Shown piece by piece: positions 58,643-64,000 of a stretch of 64,000 nt of DNA. Each line of letters starts with the position of its first letter. The stretch's first letter is position 1. The notes under the pieces were generated by a model, which worked only from the letters and a program-made list of their open reading frames with translations, made no database searches and was not told the DNA's origin. Source of the stretch: Thermoanaerobaculia bacterium (GTDB lineage Bacteria; Acidobacteriota; Thermoanaerobaculia; UBA5066). Where the stretch lies: contig DASXVJ010000023.1 of NCBI GenBank assembly GCA_036504335.1, positions 144,389-208,388 of the forward strand. Direction: 5' to 3'. Position numbers and translations under genes: made by a program.

Positions 58643-60510
58643 GGGGCGATCATCGCCTCCCAGACCGCGCGGGACATCTTCCGCGCCGCGGCGTTGACGC
58701 GCTCGCGGCCCGTTTCGTTCGCACCGAAGTCGTTCGCGAGGAGGACGAGGACGTACTCCCGCCCGTCCGGCAGGCGGACGACTGCGGCGTCGTGCTGGAC
58801 GGACGAGATCGAGCCCGTCTTGTGCGCGACGACGGCGCCCGACTGCGGGTGCAGGCCGGCCGGAATCTCCTCGTTGAACGTCTGGCCGATCAGGATCTCC
58901 CAGGCCTTCGCCTTCGCGGCCGCCGAGAGCTTCGGCGTCCGGACGACGGCTTCCATGACGGCGCCCATCCCCGCGGCGTCCGTTTCGTTGTTCATGCCCT
59001 TCTCGAACGCCCTGGTGTCCTCGACGCAGCGCCGCACGTGGACGGTCGGCGCCCCGAGCGTGTCCGTGAACCTCTGGACCTCGGCGGGGCCGAGAAGCGT
59101 CAGGAGGATGTTCGTCGCGAGATTCGACGAGCGGACGATCATCTCCCGCGCGAGGAACTCGAGCGTGGCCGTCTTTCCGGCGCGCGCGACCGTCGGACCG
59201 TCGTTGTCCTCGAGGCCGATCGAGAACGGCGAGCCGTCCACGAGGCTCCTGAACTCGTTCTTCACGGGCAGCTCGTCCGCGAGCTTAAGCGACCCCTCGT
59301 CGACTCGCCGGAGCAGCTCGAGGAGGACGGGCGTCTTCATCGTGGACGCGGCGTGCATGACCAGAGAGGGATTCTGCGAAACCGAGAGACCCGTCGAGAG
59401 GTCTTTGAACCAGATGCCGAAGCGCGCCCCGCTGGCGCGAGAGATTTCTTCGAGTGTGGATTCGAGCCGGCGCACCTTCGCGGCGTCGAGACGCGCCCCG
59501 AAGCCCTCTTCACCTTCTAAGAAAGTCTTCTCCTTCTCTTTCTTCAATCTCCTCGCGTACCGGAACAGAGGCTTCAGGAACGGGCTGTCGTAGGGCGTGA
59601 TCTGCACGCCCGGCACGTTGTGCCGCGTGGATTGCAGCACGGTCCCGTCGCCGATCCACATGGCCTCGTGGTCGATCTTGTCCTCGGTGCCGAAGAAGAG
59701 GAGGTCGCCGGGCCGGAGCTTCTCGAACGCGACGGGTACGAGCTGCGGGTCCTGGAACGCCTGCTCGAAGCTGTTGCGCCGAAGGGTGACGCCGTGCTCC
59801 GAGAAGATCCGCGTCATGAGCCCCGAGCAGTCGAAGCCGAGAGGCGTCGTCCCGCCCCACGTGTAGGGCGCGCCGAGGAAGCGCTTGCCGAACGCGATCC
59901 AGTCGGAGGGGGACTTGAGAGGAAGAGAAGACGAAGATTCTTTGAAAGGGAAGATGGAGACGTCGCGCGCGGCGACCCAGCCCCTGCGCCCGTCCGGAAG
60001 AAGCGCCCTCACCCAGGAATACGCGCCGCTGGCCCCGCGCTCTTCACCTTCTAAGAAACCTCCGACTTCCAGCGTCACACCGACCGGAGCCGTGAGAAGC
60101 GGCTTCTGCTTCGTGAACGAGGGCGACGAATAGATGTGCGCGAAGGTCGAAGAAACACGTACCACTTTCGCATGCTGGGGTAGCGCCTGCGCGCCGTCAT
60201 CTCGACGGATCGCCCGTTCAGGAATCCAAGCCACCTCCCCCGCGGCGGTCCTCACTTTCGCAAAGCCGGCCGCGTCCTCGAGGACCGTCACGCGGTCGCC
60301 CAGGATCGCCTGGTCGTCCACGCTCGACGTCTCGTCGGGTCTCACGAAGAGGTCCTGGACCGCCGCGACGACGATGGCCGTCTTCGCAGGTGCGGGTGTC
60401 GCGCCGGGAGATGCGGAGAGAGAGTTTTCTTCGAATGAGAAGAGAAGAAGGGCCGCGGCGAGCGCGCGAATGGCGGAGGTGCGGCGAACGGGGTTTCCTT
60501 CGAGGCGCAT
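58639..60510 (-). CDS. Secreted SH3b-SH3b-NlpC/P60 (YkfC-like) endopeptidase fused to a C-terminal class-A beta-lactamase-like serine hydrolase domain
   Basis: Two SH3b domains. NlpC/P60 catalytic FDCSGLMTRIF...H. C-terminal SxxK (ASTMK), SxN (SSN) and KTG (HKTGS) motifs. Confidence 0.8.
   Translation of the reverse strand: MRLEGNPVRRTSAIRALAAALLLFSFEENSLSASPGATPAPAKTAIVVAAVQDLFVRPDETSSVDDQAILGDRVTVLEDAAGFAKVRTAAGEVAWIPERAIRRDDGAQALPQHAKVVRVSSTFAHIYSSPSFTKQKPLLTAPVGVTLEVGGFLEGEERGASGAYSWVRALLPDGRRGWVAARDVSIFPFKESSSSLPLKSPSDWIAFGKRFLGAPYTWGGTTPLGFDCSGLMTRIFSEHGVTLRRNSFEQAFQDPQLVPVAFEKLRPGDLLFFGTEDKIDHEAMWIGDGTVLQSTRHNVPGVQITPYDSPFLKPLFRYARRLKKEKEKTFLEGEEGFGARLDAAKVRRLESTLEEISRASGARFGIWFKDLSTGLSVSQNPSLVMHAASTMKTPVLLELLRRVDEGSLKLADELPVKNEFRSLVDGSPFSIGLEDNDGPTVARAGKTATLEFLAREMIVRSSNLATNILLTLLGPAEVQRFTDTLGAPTVHVRRCVEDTRAFEKGMNNETDAAGMGAVMEAVVRTPKLSAAAKAKAWEILIGQTFNEEIPAGLHPQSGAVVAHKTGSISSVQHDAAVVRLPDGREYVLVLLANDFGANETGRERVNAAARKMSRAVWEAMIAP
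59506..59524. repeat. Low-GC 19-mer CTCTTCACCTTCTAAGAAA, copy 1
   Basis: Identical to 60030..60048. Encodes TFLEGEEG in the NlpC/P60-to-beta-lactamase linker. Confidence 0.6.
60030..60048. repeat. Low-GC 19-mer CTCTTCACCTTCTAAGAAA, copy 2
   Basis: Identical to 59506..59524. Encodes GFLEGEER between the SH3b domains. Confidence 0.6.
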
Positions 60511-60535
60511 CCCGGGATTCCACCATAATCGCCGC

Positions 60536-61675
60536 ATGACGCAGCCCATTTCCCGCCGCGGACTCATTCTCTCTTCCGCCGCCGCAGCCGCCTCCTCCGC
60601 CCTCCCGGAAGCCCTGTTCGCGGAATCCCCGTCCCGTCCGTCTGCGGCCCCGGTCTCCCTGTCCTACCGCCCGCTCATCCTGAAGCTCGCGCACACGTGG
60701 ACGATCGCCCGCGGCTCGTCGGACGAGAAAAAGAACGGGCTCCTCACGATCACGTCCGAGGGAGTGACGGGCTACGGCGAGGCCGCCGCGAACAAGCGCT
60801 GGGGCCAGAGCTGGGAGACGTCGGAGGCCGCGTACGCGAAGGTGGAAAAGGCCGTCGCCGGCCTGTCGCCGTGGGACCACCTGACGTGGCTCGAAAAGGC
60901 CGAGGCCGCCGCCGGGAACGACCACGAGGTCGTCGCGGCGCTCGACATCGCGCTCTGGGACTGGAAGGGCAAGCGGCTCGGGCGCCCGGTGCACCAGCTC
61001 CTCGGCGTGCCCGCGCACGGGATGCCGGTGACGACGTTTTCGATCGGCATCGACACGGCCGACGTCATGAAGCAGAAGACGAAGGAAGCGGCCGCGTTCC
61101 CGAAGCTCAAGATCAAGATCGGCCTTCCGAGCGACGAGGAGAACATCGCGGCGATCCGCTCGGTCTCGAGCCAGGCGCTCACGGTGGACGCGAACGAGGG
61201 CTGGGCGACGGTCGACGAGGCCCGCAGGAAGATCCTCTGGCTGAACGGCGTCAAGCCGCTCTACCTCGAGCAGCCGATGCCGGCCGCGCTGGACGCCGAG
61301 ATGGTGAAGCTCAAGGGCCTCGCGGCGTACCCCGTCCTCGGCGACGAAGGGGTCCTGACGGCGGCGGACGTCGCGAAGAAGGCGGGCCTCTTCGACGGCG
61401 TCGTCGTGAAGCTCGCGAAGGCGGGCGGCATCACGCGCTCGTGGGAACAGGTCGTCGTCGCGCGCGCCGTGGGCCTGAAGACGATGTGCGGCTGCATGAT
61501 CGAGTCCTCCGTCGGGATCGCCGCGGGCCTCGCGCTGGGCCCGCTCTTCGACTGGCTGGACCTCGACGGGAACCTCCTGCTCGCGAAAGACCCGTTCACG
61601 GGGCTCCGGATCGACAAGGGCGTCTGGGCGATGCCGGAAGGCCCGGGCCTCGGCGTGACGCCGGTTCAGGCCTAG
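60536..61675 (+). CDS. L-Ala-D/L-Glu epimerase (enolase superfamily, YkfB/YcjG-like), Tat signal
   Basis: Twin-arginine signal SRRGLILSSAAAAASSA. MR/MLE fold with KIKIG (Lys) and DANEGW metal ligands. Divergent from the NlpC/P60 gene with about 25 bp between starts. Confidence 0.8.
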   Translation: MTQPISRRGLILSSAAAAASSALPEALFAESPSRPSAAPVSLSYRPLILKLAHTWTIARGSSDEKKNGLLTITSEGVTGYGEAAANKRWGQSWETSEAAYAKVEKAVAGLSPWDHLTWLEKAEAAAGNDHEVVAALDIALWDWKGKRLGRPVHQLLGVPAHGMPVTTFSIGIDTADVMKQKTKEAAAFPKLKIKIGLPSDEENIAAIRSVSSQALTVDANEGWATVDEARRKILWLNGVKPLYLEQPMPAALDAEMVKLKGLAAYPVLGDEGVLTAADVAKKAGLFDGVVVKLAKAGGITRSWEQVVVARAVGLKTMCGCMIESSVGIAAGLALGPLFDWLDLDGNLLLAKDPFTGLRIDKGVWAMPEGPGLGVTPVQA

Positions 61676-62571
61676 GCGGGGAGAACCAGCCGCGGCCGTT
61701 CGCCCGAGCGCGTGCGGCCGCGCGACTTGAGGAGGGCCTGGTCGGCGCGCGCGATCGTCTTCTCGAGGGCCTCGCCGTCCTCCCGCGCCGCCCAGCCCAT
61801 GGAGAACGGGACGATCAGCTCGCGGTCGGCCGTGGCCTGGAGGCGCCGGGCCGCGAACTCCGTCGCCGCCGCGTCGGCCCCGTCGAGCAGGAGGAGGAAC
61901 TCGTCGCCGCCCATACGGACGGCCGTTTCCTCGGCGCGCGTCTGGCGCATGAGGAACCTGGCGACGCGGTTCAGGACGGCGTCGCCCGCCTCGTGGCCGA
62001 ACTCGTCGTTGTACTGCTTGAAGTAGTCGAGGTCGACCATGATGCAGCCCCACGCACCCGAGAAGGACGGATGGGAGCCGCTCGCGTGTCGGCGCTCGAA
62101 CTCGTTCAGGTACCGCCGGTTGAAGCAGCCCGTGAGCGGGTCGCGCAGGCTCTGGTCGAGGAGGCGCTGCTCGAGGAGCTTGCGGTCCGTGATGTCGATC
62201 AGGATGCCGTGAAAGAAGACCTCGCCGGTCGCGGGGTCCTTCGCGCACGTGGCCGAATCGATGACGGTGCGAACCTCGCCTCCGGCGCGGCGGATCTCCA
62301 TCTCGAAGTCGCGGACCACGCCCTCCCGGTGGAGGATCTCGAGCTCGGCCTCGCGGCGCGCGACGTCGACGACGAGGTCCGCGGCCCTGCAGGCCCTGAG
62401 CGCGTCGAGCGACGACACGCCGAACATCGCGAGAAACGCGCGGTTCGCGTCGAGAACGTGTCCGTCGCGGTCCGTGACGTAGATCCCCTCGCGGAGATCC
62501 CGGACGAGGCCGCGCAGCGTCTCGGCGTCGTCGAGACGGGAAAGCCTGCTGGGCATGATGGGCGGGCGCAT
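61672..62571 (-). CDS. PAS-GGDEF diguanylate cyclase
   Basis: PAS domain (IYVTDRDGHVLDANRAF). GGDEF motif RMGGDEFLLLL and RYGGEEF-type site. Confidence 0.8.
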   Translation of the reverse strand: MRPPIMPSRLSRLDDAETLRGLVRDLREGIYVTDRDGHVLDANRAFLAMFGVSSLDALRACRAADLVVDVARREAELEILHREGVVRDFEMEIRRAGGEVRTVIDSATCAKDPATGEVFFHGILIDITDRKLLEQRLLDQSLRDPLTGCFNRRYLNEFERRHASGSHPSFSGAWGCIMVDLDYFKQYNDEFGHEAGDAVLNRVARFLMRQTRAEETAVRMGGDEFLLLLDGADAAATEFAARRLQATADRELIVPFSMGWAAREDGEALEKTIARADQALLKSRGRTRSGERPRLVLPA

Positions 62572-62596
62572 CCTATAAGAGACCGCCCCTCGGAAA

Positions 62597-64000
62597 TCAA
62601 TCCCTTCCGGAAAGGCCCTTTTTTCGCAGGAACTCGGACATTTCGAGTCCGCGGCGGATGACGTCGTTCCACGGAAAGAGGGCGCCCGGGTCGTCCTTGC
62701 GATCCGGAGCGATGTGCTCATGGCCGGCGATCCAGGGTGCGGGGATGTCGAACATCGCCGTCAGGACGCCAACGAGGCGGACGACCGTCTCGATCTGCGC
62801 CGGCGAGAACGGGACCTTGTTCCCGTCGCCGGTGATTTCCACGCCGACCGACGTCCGGTTCAGCGCGAGGCGGCCGTGGAGCGTCGAGGGCCCCGCGTGC
62901 CAGGACCGGTGCTCGAGCGAGACGAACTGGTAGAGGCGGCCGTCGCGCCCGACGAGGAAGTGGGAGGACACGCGGCTCTCGGGCTTCTGGAAGAGCGCGA
63001 TGCACTCCTCGTCCGTGGCCTGTGACGTGTGGTGGAGGATGAGCGCGGAGATCGGCTCGATCTTCGACGGCCGGAACCCTTCCCACCACGAGTTCGGCAT
63101 CGGGATCAGGCACGCGTCGCGCGTCTCGCCGCCCGCGAGCGCCCACGCGTCCCAGAAGCGCCGGTCCGTGTCGCGCCAGACGCGGACGAGGTTCGACGGC
63201 TGCGCCGCCGCGCGCGCCTCGGCGAGCGTCGTCTCCATGCGGGGGACGGCCGGACGCAGCGCGGGAACGGCGGGCGGCTCGGGCGGGAGCGCGACGTCCG
63301 GAAGCGTCTCGGACCACGCGTTCACGACCGCCGCGGCGATCTCGCCCATCGCGCGCGTCGCCTGTGCGGTCGCGCCCTTCTCGTCCGGGATGCGATCGGC
63401 GAACGCGACGAGGACGAACCGGCCCTTCTTCGTCGTGAGGATGCCCGAGTCGTTGCGGACGCCGCCGTAGCTGCCTGTCTTGCCGGCCCAGGTCGAGCTC
63501 TTTTCGTCGAGGAGCAGGCGGGGCAGCCGGTCGCGCGTGTGCTGGACGGCAAGGAGCTTCGCGACGACGCGGTCGGAGGCGGGGTCGAGGAGCGTGCGCG
63601 TCGCGACGCGGCGGTAATACTCGGCGGTCGCGTTCGGCGTCATGACGCCGAGCGGCGCCCATTTTCCCTCGCCCTTCCCGAGGTCCGGGATGCGGCCGAC
63701 GAGGCGGATGTCCGGAAGGCCGAGCTTCGCCATGCGCGCGTTCACGGCGTCCGCGCCGAAGAGGTCGATGAAATGGTTTGCGGACGTGTTGTCGGAGATC
63801 GCGACCATGAGCGAGAGGAGATCGCGGTTCGTGGGCGTGAGGCCGGGGTCGAATTCGTCGAGCATCCCGGAGCCCGCGGCGAGGCTCTTCGCGGAGAGCT
63901 TCCAGCGGTCGGTCAGGTCCAGCGTGCCTTCGGCCTCGCGCGCGGCGGCCTCGGCGAGGAGGGCGATCTTGATGACGCTCGCGGCCTCGAAGGGCTCGGC
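62597..64000 (-). CDS. Class-A beta-lactamase-like domain fused to an AmpD/AmiD-type N-acetylmuramoyl-L-alanine amidase (Amidase_2); 5' end beyond window
   Basis: By-hand extension upstream of the track ORF shows ...FEAASVIKIALL (SxxK); then SDN (ISDNTSAN) and KTG (AGKTGS). The C-terminal half has HHTSQ...ECIALF...HFLVGRDGRLYQFV...HAGPS...GVEI...H, an Amidase_2/PGRP Zn motif. Confidence 0.75.
   Translation of the reverse strand, partial: AEPFEAASVIKIALLAEAAAREAEGTLDLTDRWKLSAKSLAAGSGMLDEFDPGLTPTNRDLLSLMVAISDNTSANHFIDLFGADAVNARMAKLGLPDIRLVGRIPDLGKGEGKWAPLGVMTPNATAEYYRRVATRTLLDPASDRVVAKLLAVQHTRDRLPRLLLDEKSSTWAGKTGSYGGVRNDSGILTTKKGRFVLVAFADRIPDEKGATAQATRAMGEIAAAVVNAWSETLPDVALPPEPPAVPALRPAVPRMETTLAEARAAAQPSNLVRVWRDTDRRFWDAWALAGGETRDACLIPMPNSWWEGFRPSKIEPISALILHHTSQATDEECIALFQKPESRVSSHFLVGRDGRLYQFVSLEHRSWHAGPSTLHGRLALNRTSVGVEITGDGNKVPFSPAQIETVVRLVGVLTAMFDIPAPWIAGHEHIAPDRKDDPGALFPWNDVIRRGLEMSEFLRKKGLSGRD

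Overview
This is a high-GC (about 70%) segment of a Gram-negative bacterial chromosome with very high GC3. It carries bamD, a TonB-dependent receptor, tatA and the uppS-cdsA-dxr-rseP-ispG block. I found no rRNA, tRNA, CRISPR array, IS element or integrase. The many long Arg-rich ORFs in the six-frame track are antisense or out-of-frame artefacts of the GC content. About 58 genes are supportable. Housekeeping calls include a partial htrA, an Rrf2 regulator with cysK, an hsp20-clpB heat-shock operon, queC, queE, truA, rpe, htpX, msrA, rlmN, pgeF, dps and ettA. Accessory calls include a coxL-coxS-coxM molybdo-flavoprotein operon with yfcH, two S9 peptidases and an EamA transporter. Unusual blocks and signals: (1) a roughly 10 kb minus-strand run (24857..33227) encoding a fused B12-radical-SAM::DUF2344 protein, a cytoplasmic cNMP-binding histidine kinase, a response regulator fused to a Cys-less thioredoxin-reductase-like flavoprotein, a Cys-less PTPS/QueD-like protein, a GT-C-type membrane protein and an alpha/beta hydrolase, with a convergent Zn-ribbon radical-SAM enzyme; (2) a peptidoglycan-peptide recycling cluster (58639..64000) in which two independent class-A beta-lactamase-like domains are fused to an SH3b-SH3b-NlpC/P60 (YkfC-like) protein and to an AmpD-type amidase, next to a Tat-exported YkfB-like L-Ala-D/L-Glu epimerase and a PAS-GGDEF protein; (3) a low-GC 19-mer, CTCTTCACCTTCTAAGAAA, found in-frame in unrelated genes, and AT-rich rare-codon islands at domain boundaries; (4) two leaderless promoters of the form TTGACw-N17-TAGATT placed 8-9 nt before the ATG; (5) a perfect 17-bp palindrome in the dps/ettA promoter region.
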